DNA from: Octopus vulgaris
Lineage: Eukaryota
Length of the DNA: 64,000 nt
Reading direction: 5' to 3'
Assembly (NCBI GenBank): GCA_951406725.2
Contig: OX597815.1
Span: 82,398,001 to 82,462,000, forward strand
Both the position numbers and the translations under genes were made by a program. The first letter of the stretch is position 1; every line of letters starts with the position of its first letter. The notes beneath the pieces were generated by a model. The model made no database searches. It saw nothing but the letters and a program-made list of their open reading frames with translations, and had not been told where the DNA came from. Shown here in pieces: positions 42,245 to 56,082 of this stretch.

Positions 42245-42455
42245 TTTCTACTACAGGCACAAAGCCTGAAACTTTGAGGGTGGGTATGGTCGATTACGTC
42301 AACCCCAGTGAGTAACTGATACTTATGTTATCGACCCTGAAAGGATGAAAGGAAAAGTCAATCTCAGCGGAATTTGAACTTAGAACGTAAGGACAGACGA
42401 AATACTGGTAGACTTTTTGCTCGGCGTGCTAACCATTCTGCCAGCTCACCGCCTT
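42245..42455 (-). mobile_element. SINE family 1 copy
   Basis: tcgaccctgaaaggatgaaagg..ctgccagctcaccgcctt. Confidence 0.85.
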
Positions 42456-43579
42456 CAAATGACGCAATATCAAAGAGAAATTTTGTACTCCGTCTAAAAA
42501 AAAAGAGGAAGCAAGGTTAGTCCTTGATGTCACTGACTCACATATATCGCTGAACACCCCATTACATCTAAAACCAGCTCAGAGCATCCATGATAGCTTC
42601 AACAAGAATAAAAATAATTAACTCCGACATGCATCATCCTAGCGACAGCATACCATTCGATTCATCACTGCATATCGGGTAGTGTAACGTCGTCCTCAAC
42701 ATTGGTGAGCATGATATAAATGGGATGGTAGGGTTGTTGATCGTGCCTTCTCTTTTGGCCGACAACCGGAGGCTGACCTGTGGAACCACAACAATAATCA
42801 CAGTAAACTCAACGCTAGCTGTATCAGGAATAACCTGCAGCTACACAGAAATAAGATCAGCAAACTTCAGAAAAGACACACACGTAGTTGAAAGGGATGC
42901 GCTGAGTGCACCACAAATTTATCGTTCTGGTTGCAGCTCTTATTAATAATCACGTTAAACTCACTCCATTGTGTGTTCCATAGGGTTATACATGGTCTGA
43001 AAGAAGCTATAACGCGATGTATAGAGCATATAACGAAAGAAAAACAAAATATAGACATCTGCATGGTATTTCTTTATTTCATGTTACATAAATTTCTGTA
43101 TTCAGTATGATAACAGTTGTTAATTATCGAATTCTGAAACATATGTAACATGAAATAAAGAAATGCCCATATCAAGGTCATGTCCCCTTTTCTTTCTCTC
43201 TCTCTCTCTCTCTCTCTCTCGCTTTGTGTGTACACACAATTACAGATATATACATAAACATACACGTACATACATACACAAACACATACACACACATATA
43301 CTTGTGTACACGGCCAAGTCAATGGTTAAGTTGAGTGTGACAGAAAATTAGCATTAACAACAGCCGAAATCTTCCAGGCTACCATAATGTGATTAATTAA
43401 CCCATTAGTTAATGCAGCAAGTAAAATCAGCTAAATCTCCATCAAATCACACTTTACTGTCTTAAATAAAGACGCATTGGATAATCTAGTTGCATTTGCT
43501 CTTACCCAGAACCTTTGGAGTTGGCCTTAACTGGAATGCGTCTGATTAATTACGGTTAATACAAGGCTAAACGAAGGCA

Positions 43580-43790
43580 GAAAGTTAGCATAATGGTTAG
43601 TAAGCTGGGTATAACGATTAGCGGCATTTCGTCCGTCTTAACAATTTGAGTTCAAATTCCGCTGAAGCCGACTTTGCTTTTCATCCTTTCGGGGTCGATA
43701 AAATAAGTGCCATTTGAGCCCTGATGTCAATGTAAACGACTTATCCCACCCACCAAATTTCTCGCGTTGGACCAAAATTTGAAACCAGTA
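43580..43790 (+). mobile_element. SINE family 1 copy
   Basis: gagttcaaattccgctgaagccgactttgcttttcatcctttcggggtcgataaaataag. Confidence 0.85.
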
Positions 43791-43859
43791 TAGAGATAAA
43801 CGAAATAACAAGAGCAGCAAGAAGCAGTTGAACAACATAAATGTTTAAAAGAGAAAACC

Positions 43860-44210
43860 AGCCAGAATAACGTTAGAGGGTACTCAGCCGAAACGTAGTG
43901 ACAGCAACAATCAAGAGGAGGATACTACTAATTCATGATATTAATACCTTACCTTGGAAAATACAGAATTGTATTAGCTAATCAGTACGGAACAGACGTA
44001 AGACATCAGTGGTGGTTTATACGCCTTAAAAATTCTCTGACATGGCTTACGGGCACAGCGTAGAGGATAAAGGCGCTGGTTAATGCAAGTTTTGAATTCA
44101 ATCCCAGACAAGGTACTGATTGAATCAAAAGACACCTGAAGAAGCTGGAGCGTGTATAGGCGAAACGTATACGTTTCACAGGGAATGAGGCAAGAATCAA
44201 GATGAAGACA
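43860..44210 (+). mobile_element. Decayed family B pLTR pieces
   Basis: agagggtactcagccgaaacgtagtg and gacacCTGAAGAagctgg..ggcGAAACgta (44131-44170) resemble 15925-15990. Confidence 0.45.
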
Positions 44211-44683
44211 TCTGTCTGAATAATATATTAAAGATAAATATACATGCAAAAGATCATGGACCAGAATAAAGTACGAAAGAGATAGAAGAAGACAGAATGA
44301 AAGAAAAGAAAGTGAAAAGCTGAAAGAAAGTAGTTAAATACAGTAGAGAAAGAAACAAGGAGAGAAAGGGAGGGATGGGAAAGGAAATAAATAAAACGTG
44401 GATCTGTTGCTAAGACAGGAATAAAAAAAATTGAGAAAGCAACCATACACAAAACCAGAACAACAGTAGCAACAGCATTTAACGACGACTAAACCATGAA
44501 CAACGTGAGAAGTTAAGAATAGGCATTATAATTAAAGATAAGTAGATCATGCCAGTGGATAAACCACGAAAATAAACAGAAAACAAAATGTGTATAATTT
44601 TAGTAATAATTCAGTGGTGTTTTATAATTAAAAAAAATAAAACATAATAATAATAATTTTACCTTATATGCATATATTTATGT

Positions 44684-44725
<42 letters not shown>

Positions 44726-45344
44726 GCACACATATTGTCGAAATATAATTACCAATCATTTTGTAAGCACGTATGTACGTATGTACGTATGTATGCATGC
44801 ATGCAAGCAATGCATGTATGACTGTATGTGTGTGTGTGTGTGCGTGTGTGTGTGTGTGCGTTTGTGCGCATACATTTATATCTGTATATACGTAAGTGTG
44901 AATCTCTTCTGATTATTTTAACTTTCTCACCAAAGGGAAGAAGTGTGTGAGAACGACAGAAGGGGGCGGGGAAAGTTTCCAAGACAGAAACTAGGCTCTT
45001 TCATAGGGAATTTAGGCACCATCATCTAAGAAGTTATGAATTGCATGTATGAGTGTATAAGTATATGGAAGCATGTATGTATGTGTATTGAATGTGTATA
45101 CCAGCACCCAAATATTTACATATGTACATCATTACTATCATTGACATCTTAGTCGTTGTCATCTTCCTCTTCATCATTATATATTTATTTATAAACACAC
45201 AGCTTCATGAAATATCAAACAATTATATATATATATGCATCTATATGTTTATATATATATATATGTATGTACGTGTGTGTGTATGTGTATGTGCATGTAA
45301 GTATATATATGTATCTATATGTATGTGAATATATATATACATAC

Positions 45345-45402
<58 letters not shown>

Positions 45403-45654
45403 TCAACTGCAAATATACATTTGTACACATACAGACACGCACTCACACGTGCACATATATTTGGATTCTAGCGTGAGGTTCATTAATTATTTTTTCTACT
45501 CTAGAGTCGGCTACCATTGTTGTGTATACGTACGTATGCATCTCTCTCCCTCCTCTGTATATATAGATAAATGTATGAATATACATATAAATGAATATAT
45601 ATATATATACATATATATGCATATACATATACATGTATACATATGTATATATAA

Positions 45655-45686
<32 letters not shown>

Positions 45687-45704
45687 GCATATATATATAT
45701 ATAC

Positions 45705-45770
<66 letters not shown>

Positions 45771-46738
45771 ATGTTTGCCTTTAAATAGAGTATGTAAATC
45801 AAGGTTCACGATTGGGCTGCTTTACTTTTTTTTTAATAATAATACTATCTTTTATACACTCATTATATTTTCTCTTTTGTTTTGTTACTCGAAATTTCAT
45901 TGTTTATATATATTTTCAAATATTTTCTTCATTATCATTATTAGATTTGTAATATTTCCAGATTTGTTGATAGAAAATTTGGCAAGTTAGCAGTGTTTTT
46001 ATGAAAATATTCATAAGTCTTTGAGAGAAAGGCGCACAGCAAGCTTTTAGAAACGTTAACTGGAATAAGAATACATTTTATCCCCGAGAGAAGGAATTAA
46101 ATGGGATTTCTGCCAACACTTTCAAAGCAAGGCCGATTTATGAAAACACTTACACACAAACACACACAATTCCAAATACATTATGAAATACACCTACAAG
46201 CACATTTACATATAAATAAACACGCTCACAAACTTACACATACGTATATATGAAAATGCATAGAACCCTATATACAAAGTACGAAACGAATCTAAATTAG
46301 TTGAAATAGAATTCCACATATACACGCAAATATAGAAAAAATTCACAAACAGTAACGGCTTCATTAATAGCGGAAACTACAAACCCAAAATCAAATCAAC
46401 TATACAGCTCAAGTGAAATTAAACTGTGAATGTAACCAGGAATCATTGATTAATCATTTTTTAAATACAACAATGGAGATTTTAACAGTTCAAAGTTATT
46501 AACATGGTGCCTTGATGCCCAATACACAACATAAAATCAACATGCAATACACATCATTTCATTCAGAAAGACCGAAAATATGGTTTCTAAAATGGTAGAT
46601 GTCTTGGAAGAGTGAGGAAATCATGATGGATATTGTTCTAATTTAAAAGCATAAAGTGATAATTTAGAAATCTAGAAATGTTTAATAAAACAAAGAGGTA
46701 AATTCGAACGCCAATGAGTCTGCAGTATAATTCATTTG

Positions 46739-46769
<31 letters not shown>

Positions 46770-46889
46770 GTATATATATATATATATATTTTATATATAT
46801 ATATACACTCATACACACGCACAAACACATGTATATATATAAAATATTTATTCTGCGATTTGAAACGACAATTTTTAAATACAAACAAA

Positions 46890-46985
46890 TGGTCGGAAAA
46901 TGATGAACTCACCTCAGGCAGAATCGAACCAACAAATCAACGCTTACACGGCTCCTTGCACATCTGATTGGCCAAACGGTTACCC
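46890..46985 (-). pseudogene. tRNA-like or SINE-head relic
   Basis: Reverse complement has A-box-like tttggccaatcag and B-box ggttcgattct, but the cloverleaf is imperfect. Confidence 0.3.
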
Positions 46986-47128
46986 ATCGATTTCAGCCAA
47001 ATGCAGTTAATATATACTTAAACTGCCTAATATTACATATAATACTTATAAACAAACACGAAAGGCTTTGTAAGTTATGGAGAGGAAGTTACTATGTCTA
47101 GAGGAAGTTACTAAGTCTACTAATAGTA

Positions 47129-48418
47129 CGAGGGGCGTTCAATAAGTAATGCCCCTGACCCACTTCCCATAGCAGTAGAGCAACGAAACTTGGCACAGTT
47201 ATTAGTCTTTTTCTACATAGCAATCACCCAGAGTTACGCATTTCTCCCATTGTTTGATGCAGCTCTGGAGACCGTTTTTGTAGAAGACCCCAGCTTGGTC
47301 CTCCAACCTGAACGTGACTTCAGAAATCAAGGCTGCATCATCTGGGAAACGCTTTCCTTTCAAAAACAACTTCATGACTGGGAAGAGGTGAAAATCAGAG
47401 GGTGCAAGGTCAGGAAAGTAGGGGGATGGGGGAGGAGTTCATAGCCATACGCCTGTGCTTCTGATCTGGCGACAAGCGAGTTGTGGACCGGAGCGTTGTC
47501 CTGCAGGAGGAGGATGCCTTTGCTGATCTTGCCCCGCCTCTTGATTTTGATAACTTCTCTTAATTTCATCAAAAGTGAAGCATAATAGGCTCCTGCAATT
47601 GTGGTACCCTTTGCCAGGAAATCTGTCATCACTACTCCGTCCTAGTCCCAGAAGACTGTGAGCATGACCTTGCCAGCGGAGGGCTGCACCCTTGCCTTCT
47701 TTGGAGGGGGTGAGTCACGGTGCTTCCACTGCATTGACTGGGCTTTGGTCTCTGGATCATCGTGATGGACTCAGGTTTCATCCTGTGTAATCAGTCTTTT
47801 GAAAAATTTTGACTCATCTTCTTGGCACATCTCCAAATTCACCCTCGAGCAATCGACGCGTTCTTGCTTCTGGAAAGGCGTGAACATCCAGGGAATCCAT
47901 CTTGCAGACACCTTTTGCATATGCAAATGGTCATGAATGATAGTTTCCACAGACCCGGTACTAATCTTGACCTCATGGGCTATTTGGCGAATAATTATGC
48001 GTCGATCTTCCAAAATGGCAGCCTCAACTTGACGGACAGATGCCTCATCAATGGCAGAAGGGGCGACCAGATCTGGGAGCTGTTTCCACAGAGTTCCGAC
48101 CATGTTTGAATTCACGATGCCAGCGTTTTACAAGGTCATATGATGGGGCATCATCACCATAAGTTACTTTCATTTCATCAAAAGTCTCCCGTGGTGTGTG
48201 TCCTTTCAAATACAAAAACCGGATCACTGCTCGACACTCAACAGGCTCCATTTCACACTTGACTCGGTTCAAACACCTGTAAATCAGAAACCACAATTAA
48301 TTCAGAGCTGTAATTTGCCACTTACTCTATAGAGATATAAATGATTGCACATGCAAAATTTCAGCTAGATCAAACAACTGCAAGTGGGTCAGAGGCATTA
48401 CTTATTGAACGTCCCTCG
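47129..48418 (-). mobile_element. Full-length mariner (DD34D) transposon, 1290 bp
   Basis: About 37 bp TIRs cgaggggcgttcaataagtaatgcccctgacccactt / aagtgggtcagaggcattacttattgaacgtccctcg, with TA duplicated on both sides. Confidence 0.95.
47202..48251 (-). pseudogene. Mariner transposase pseudogene
   Basis: MEPVECRAVIRFL (HTH)..RSGRP..KVSARWIP..ITQDET*VHH.DPETK.QSMQW..LLQDNAPVH..PHPP..PDLAPSDFHLFP..YVEKD*; broken by frameshifts and a stop at 47771. Confidence 0.92.
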
Positions 48419-48769
48419 TATAATATTATATGTAGTATATGTATGTGTGTGTGTGTATGTGTGTGTACACACACACATATATATTGAACTATGAGTTAAA
48501 ACCAGCTTGATGGATATAAACAAAATCGAACACACAAGGTATGTGTTTTGCTAGTTCGTGGTGAGGCTGTGCTTATAGGCATAAGAAAATGTTTTCTCTT
48601 CAATGCGCCTGGTGTTAAAACAACAGGAAGCCATATACGTAGCTTTCACAGGGCCACGTTTAGGGTACGCAGTATTGATAACTTACAAGCATGGATGTCT
48701 ATCACTCCTGAATCGGACCTGATGCGACTTACCTCGCTTCTTTATGACTTTGAATATATTCTCTTGTAA

Positions 48770-48948
48770 TTATTCTTTTATTCTGTTACTTGTTTCAATA
48801 ATTTGACTGTAGCCATGCTGTAGTACCACCTTTAGTCAAAGAAATCGACGCCAGGACTTACTCTTTGTAAGCCTAATGCTTATTATATCGATTATGAGGC
48901 GATGGTAGAGGGGGACAAACACAGACACAGATATACATACATACATAC

Positions 48949-49013
<65 letters not shown>

Positions 49014-49226
49014 GGCGCAGGAGTGGCTGTGTTTGTCCCCCTAGCATTGCTTGACAACCGATGCTGGTGTGTTTACGTCCCCGTCACTTAGCGGTTCGGC
49101 AAAAGAGACCGATAGAATAAGTACTGGGCTTACAAAGAATAAGTCCCGGGGTCGATTTGCTCGACTAAAGGCGGTGCTCCAGCATGGCCGCAGGCAAATG
49201 ACTGAAACAAGTAAAAGAGTAAAAGA

Positions 49227-49299
<73 letters not shown>

Positions 49300-49465
49300 C
49301 ACGAGAGGCTTCTTTCAGTTTTCGTCTACCAATTCTACTCTCAAAGCTTTGGTCGGCCCGAGGCTGTTGTAGAAGACACTTGCCCAAGGCACCACGCAGT
49401 GGGACTGAACTCGGAATCATTTTGTTGGGAAGCAAGCTTCTTACTACACAGTAACTTCTGCGTCT
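48770..49465. mobile_element. Nested SINE family 2 copies: plus copy 49013-49229 inside the microsatellite of a minus copy
   Basis: Minus 3' half 48770-48930, minus 5' half 49300-49465, and a plus copy with tail aagtaaaagagtaaaagagt between them. Confidence 0.85.
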
Positions 49466-50394
49466 GTGTATGCAATTAATTTAGTTTAGTGTCGCAATTT
49501 TGATAAAATAGTTCAACTTGATTAAAGAAAAAAAGTAACTCAAATGTAAATACGCAAACAATGACACATACACACACACACACACGCACACATACACACG
49601 CTCATACACACACAGTAGTGAATATTATGAGGAACAGCACACATTCACTCGCACACATACATACATATACGTATGAGAGAAAGGATGACACTATGAAATG
49701 TAGAATATATGTGTACAAGTGTGCGCAAGTGTGTGCTCGTGTGTAGTTGTATGTGTACGATTGTACGTACGTATATTTGTATGTATATATTTATGCATGT
49801 ATATTTGTGTTTGTACGATTGTATGTATGTACATCTAACTTTCATACAACAAATATATACACATACGCACACTTAAAGGTGCATAAGTATCCAGGATATA
49901 TCGAAGACAAAGGAATGCAATATATAAGAAAAATAAACGTTAATCCGAAAGGGATATATCCATAAATCAAAGACGATCCTAGAATTCAACTCAAATCAAA
50001 ATAGGAAAGGATAAAAGAAACAATAATAGCAAAATATGCTCCTACTTTACCTAAGTAAATTACATTTTCAGTAACATATACTGATAGCAGCCAGAAATGT
50101 AGGGTATAGAAGAAAACGAAAACTAGGGACATAATGCAACATTTGATAGTTGCAATACATGTATTTATAAACTGATACATAATGGGCTCACAAACATTTT
50201 CCTTCCTGAGTTGCTAGTTTATAATATCGTGCAGTGTTGGCGTAATTAGTGTAATCAATAAAGTGTACAATAGTTGAACGCCATAAAACATACAATAGAC
50301 ATACATTATTATGATTTAATTTAATTAAATTAAAAACATTAAATTCTCCTGTGGTTAACATTGCCTTTCCTCCTCCCGGGGGAACAAATGCTTG

Positions 50395-50535
50395 TCGGCA
50401 AATGCCGTAGGGGTCGACTTTACCTTTCATCTTTTCGGGGTCGATAAAATACCTACCAGTTGAACACTAAGGTTGTTTTAATCGACTTACCCCTTCCCGA
50501 AAATGTTTAGCCTTGTGTGAAAAAATTGAAACCAA
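50395..50535 (+). mobile_element. SINE family 1 3' part
   Basis: gtcgactttacctttcatcttttcggggtcgataaaata. Confidence 0.75.
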
Positions 50536-51049
50536 TTTGATTCAATGTCACAGCGTTAATAAAACAGTTCAACTTGACACTTTCTGAAAACTAACTCAAA
50601 GTTTGGCAATTTCAGAGAAGCACACTCACATATCTTATATAATTGCCTGAAATCTGGTTTTTGGTTACGAATATTGCTAAAATCTGTTGTTCAAAGCCAC
50701 AAGAGGGTGGAAACATTACAAGACTCAATATATTTTCTAGACACAAGTGTTACGTTGTCTTCTTTGTAATTGCTTTAAAATTCCAGCTTTTTTACAAAGC
50801 TCGCGTAGATCAACTATGAAGGAAAAAACTTTGTGCAAATAGGAATTGGTAATACTGGCTCAGAAACTGGGTTGTCATTCACTTCCGCTAAGGTAACAAG
50901 TCCCATTTGCTTCAACGCGAGACCACTCACATACATGTACACAATATAAATAACTTTGTATGCGTCTATATAGACTTATGTGTGCGTGTGTGCGCGTGTG
51001 TGTATTGTTGAGCGCTAAAGCCATTTATTCTATATACAAGCACACGCTC

Positions 51050-51745
51050 ATGGCTGTGTAGTAAGAAGCTTGCTTCCCAATAACACGGTTCCGGGTTCAG
51101 TCCTACTGCGTGGTACTGTGGGCAAGTGGTTTCTACTGTAGCCTCGGGCCGGCCTAAATCTTGTGAGGGGAATTGGTAAACGGAAACTGAAAGAAGCCCG
51201 TCCCTTCTTTGGATCTTTCCTTTTCCTATGTTTCTGACGAAGAGCTCTGCTCGAAACGTTAAACCCTCCTTCTTTCCTGAGCGTCCAATAACACTATTCT
51301 TGTTCCATGTCCTCGCGTTGTTGTGTTTTCTCTTTGTGTTTTCATGTTTGGATTAACTATATAAATATATATATATGTACCGGAGTAAACACATAAATGT
51401 GAAACAAGGTGGAAAAAAGAGTACTCAAATACTAGGGGTACAGTAATATGCTTTACTTAAAAGCAGCAGAAATTCAACAAAACCTGTTACTCGGAGTTTC
51501 ACGTTCTATTTTAACAAAAACTGTCCGACGAACAGATATATTTGTGTGTATATGTGTGCGTGTCTGAATTTGTCCTTCTGCCATCCCTTGTTGATGTGTT
51601 TATGTCCCCGAAACATAGCTGTTCGGCAAAGGAGACCGATAGAATAAGTAATAGGCTCACAAAGAATAAGGTCTGGGCTCCATATCTTTGAGTATAGGTG
51701 GCACTCCAGCATGGCTGCAGTCAAAAGACTGAAACAAATAAAATA
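51050..51745 (+). mobile_element. SINE family 2 copy carrying two pLTR-like insertions in its middle
   Basis: Head tggctgtgtagtaagaagcttgcttccc..ggaaactgaaagaagcccgtc (to 51202); tail 51560-51745. Confidence 0.8.
51203..51359 (+). mobile_element. pLTR family A copy with canonical-core minimal HHR (51230-51264)
   Basis: gttt-CTGACGA-a-gagc tct gctc-GAAA-CG-TT-aaac. Confidence 0.7.
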
Positions 51746-51749
51746 ATTT

Positions 51750-51798
<49 letters not shown>

Positions 51799-51805
51799 CG
51801 CGCGC

Positions 51806-51840
<35 letters not shown>

Positions 51841-51874
51841 TGTGCACGTGTGTGTGTGTGTATGTGTGTGTGTA

Positions 51875-51910
<36 letters not shown>

Positions 51911-52099
51911 CTCAAATCTCCTCATATCTTTTGTAGAGGTGTGAAAACGAGCATAGACCAAGACAACACTCTGTATCGTTTATTTCGCTTGTGATTCCCT
52001 TTATTGTATTTTCAAAGCAGTGAAATATCGCATCTGTGTTTTCTATTACAGAAAACGGTCTTTAGATGTAATACATCAAAACATGACCGGTTTCTTCTT

Positions 52100-52700
52100 T
52101 TAACATTACAGGTAAAGTGATGGAATCAGTAATCCACAAACAACTGCCAAGTTGTCTGTCAAGCAACCAACCAACCCATCACCAAAAGGCTTAGATAAAT
52201 CCAAATCACAGTATATATTCTCTAGATATAGCCTCTTCAACATATATGGAATAACTAGCTTGACATAGACATCAAAGTTACTTCTGAGAGAATTTAGCAC
52301 GAGAGATTCTACGTTAAGCTAAAATTTAAGGGAATACGTGAACTGTTAACGTGCCCTCAAAAATACATTATTTGGTGATCCCTCACCGACACGGTTACCT
52401 CTTCGGGTACATCAATTGACCTATTGCCCACAAGTTCATTAGGCCAACACAGTATTTTAATATGAAGGGCACTGGTATGAAAGAGACAGTACATTTATAA
52501 CTACGATGGACCTTTCAACCATACTATGTTAATCTCAACAGTTTGGATAGGAGCTTTCAGCCTTCTATTTGAATTTTGGAGAAACTCCTTTCAAACAATG
52601 AAAGTCGATGAGACACAGGTTTAAAATACAATCAGAAATGCAATGAGCTATCGCCTGGCTCGTACGAAATCTGCAACTAACAACGTCATTATTTAAAAAT
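52100..52700 (-). mobile_element. Very decayed LINE RT relic
   Basis: IYCDLDLSKPF resembles IYLDFSKAFD; upstream FLRAR resembles GFxxGRS. Confidence 0.3.
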
Positions 52701-52996
52701 GTGTGACATAAACAACCATAAGTATTTTAAATATATATTACCCTACGTTACGCAAACGTCAGAAACAATTAAAAAAGGGGAAAATAGACAGTATCAGCAG
52801 AATGAACACCAACTGGAACAGGAAAAACAATAGTAACAGCAACAACAACAATTGTGGTAACTCCAACTTCACTACCAGTATCACCGACAACGGTGTCTCA
52901 GCCGACCATGTCTACACCAAAGCCATTAGCTTCGTTATCATCATTACTGTCAGAGGTCTTATTTGGAAAACCACCATCACTATCATTACTAACGAA

Positions 52997-53057
<61 letters not shown>

Positions 53058-53367
53058 TATGACTTAGTCTCAAATGCCTTAGTATTCACCAATTTTCCTT
53101 TAAAATTATATACCAGACTGCTTTCTCCAACACCCATACAACTACATACACCTCACAAATACACACACACATATATATACATATGTCTTTTTATGTGTGT
53201 ATGTGTATATACATATAGTAGTAGTAGTAGTAGCAGCAGCAGCAGCAGCAGCTAGAAGTACTGGTAACGACAGTAGCGGTACTGGTGGTGTAAGTAGTCT
53301 ACATAAAACAGTAGGAGGAAATTGTTATCTTTGTGCATAGATCGATATTGATTATCGGACATTTATT

Positions 53368-53558
53368 ACCATGACAGATCGCTAGCCACTAAACCCTTTC
53401 TTTATTTCCTCTCCCTGCTTATTTCTGTGTTCCTTTCTGTCGAAGAGCGTAGGCTCGAAATGTAAAAGACTTTCTCACTTCCCGAGCGTTAAACTAATAC
53501 ATCTGTTTGTTTTTTACACACCCGTCTTCGTCTCTTGTTTTTTGTAAATTCTCACTAT
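53368..53558 (+). mobile_element. pLTR family C copy at the centre of an inverted duplication
   Basis: cttt-CTGTCGA-a-gagcgtaggctc-GAAA-TG-TA-aaag (53433-53468). Confidence 0.65.
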
Positions 53559-53784
53559 ATATATGTGTGTGTGTGTGTTTTATATTGCCCAATAAATGTC
53601 CAATAATCAATATCGATCTATGCACAAAGATAACAATTTCCTCCTACTATTTTTATGTCGACTACTTACACTACGAATATCATTCCTATCGTTACCAGCA
53701 CTTCTAGTTGCTGCTGCTGTTACTACTACTACTAGCGTCCCCGGAAGCAAAATCAACAACAGATAAAAGATTCTGAATCAAGGT

Positions 53785-54015
53785 GCAGACGTGGCTGTGT
53801 GGTAAAATGCTTCCTTCCCAACCATGTGGACTTGGGTTCCACTGCGATGCACATTAGGCAAGTGTCTTGTATCATAGCCCCGGGCCGACCAAACCCTTGT
53901 GAATAGATATGATAGACAGAAACTGAAAGAAGCCCGTACACACACACATGCATATATATTTGTGAGGGATAAGTAGTTGTATGGGTGTTAGAGAACTCAC
54001 TGTCAGGTACAGAAT

Positions 54016-54047
<32 letters not shown>

Positions 54048-54305
54048 CGTATGTATATATGTATGTATGCATTTATGCCTATGTGCACGCGTCGTTGTGC
54101 AAGTGTTTGTCACCCATTATCTCTTGAAAATTGGTGTCGGTTTGTCTAAGTCCCTGTAGTTTTGCGATTCAGCAAGAAAGACCGATAAAATAAAGACCAG
54201 GCTTAAAGAAAATAACTACGGGGATCTACTTATTTGAATAGACCCTTCAGGGCGGTGCTCCAGCATGACCGCAGCACATTGCCTTCAATAAGTAAAAGAA
54301 AAGAA
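53785..54305 (+). mobile_element. SINE family 2 segments
   Basis: Head gtggctgtgtggtaaaatgcttcc..gaaactgaaagaagcccgt; tail ggcggtgctccagcatgaccgcag. Confidence 0.75.
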
Positions 54306-55033
54306 AAGAAGAATCCATTATATATTTCGTCACCACTGATTCTCATCAACAACACCGTGACGCACATATCAAAAGCTCACCACTACCACCACCACTACCA
54401 AAAAGAAATATAAAACAAAGAAAAGCGAAACTAAGAAGTGAGAGGCGAACGAGCTACTCTCTTTATGATCACCCCGTTTGCATGAAATAGCAGCCAAATA
54501 ACTACCACGCCATACTATACTAATAGAAGAAATTATACATTGGATAATGTGGCCAAGTCTCAGACGTAAAACATGCGTTTGATCAGGGGTTGAATTGCTT
54601 TGATTATGTGTTTGCCATCTCAATCAGCACTGACCTAAGACTATATTTTTAACAGCAGTAAGAGTAATAAAACAAGATCATCATCATCATCATCATCATC
54701 ATTAGTAGCAGCAGCAGCAGCAACAACAACAACAACAACAATAACAATAACAACAACAACAACGCCCACCACAGTCATATAATCCATTACACTCACATGC
54801 GTATACACAGTACACATACACAAAACGCCCGATGCAGCCGATCGGCCTGATACAAATGATAGCTAAATTTTCCACAAATCACAAGCTACAATATCTATTT
54901 TTATGTATTTTTTTAAAAAGAGGAAAAAGATCTGAAGGTTGTGACGGAAATGCCTTTGTTCATAGGTCTGTCCAATTAGAGGTGACCTAGTGTTGGAAAA
55001 GAAAGAAAACGAAAATAATAAACTGCATATATA

Positions 55034-55090
<57 letters not shown>

Positions 55091-56037
55091 CATCACCACC
55101 ACCACCACCACCACCACCACTACCATGAAAACATCAACAACACTGTTCCATCCATCGTGCCTTATCAAATTTACCATACTCGTAAGCACCTCTAAAGCAG
55201 CAACCACTTCGATCATAAAACCATCGGTCCTAACACGTTTACCAATCAAACTCAACGTAATCAGCAGTCTTAATTGCACCACCATTAACACCTCCACCAA
55301 CACTGCCACCACCAGCCCCGCCATCACCAGTACCACCACTACCAGGTGCCCCCAGCACCACCACCACCACCACCACCACCCGCCCCTCCACCAGCACCAC
55401 CAGCCCCTCCACCACCACCACTACCACCAACACCACCACTCCCAGCACCAGCTCCAACACTAGCACCAGTACCACCACTAGCACAGTACCACCACCACTA
55501 TCACCCCCAGCCCACCACCAATCGCTACCATCAAAATGTACAACAATGCAATTCACATAATTGCTATTTATATCCCAGCAACCATCAATGTCTCTAACAA
55601 CACCATCCTCCTCAGTAGCACCACCACCACTATCACTATCACAGTTATCTCCACTATCACATCTGTATGGAACGATGAGGGAGGTTTTTATGCAGTCATA
55701 TACAAACAAGCACACATCATCACAATCACCGTAACCATCACTGTTATACCTATATGCCCGCTACCATCATAGCCATTACCAAAGACCACTTAGAGGTGAC
55801 AAAAGATATAAGTACATTAGCCACTATAAATAAGAAATAGGTCAGTAGAATTTGCTGCGCTCAGATTTTAGTTACCTAGTTACGGCAGTCACACCTGAGT
55901 CTTCACCTGTCATATGTGTGTGCGTCTGATAAGTGCACGTGCATCAGATGCATGCGTATCGATACCTGCACATATGTGCCAGGCCATATTCAATGTATAT
56001 GTGAATGTAAGTGAAAATGCTAGTGCTGAACACACAC

Positions 56038-56082
<45 letters not shown>

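Noticed and set aside
46890-46985. Functional tRNA gene
   Set aside because: Acceptor and anticodon stems do not pair convincingly.
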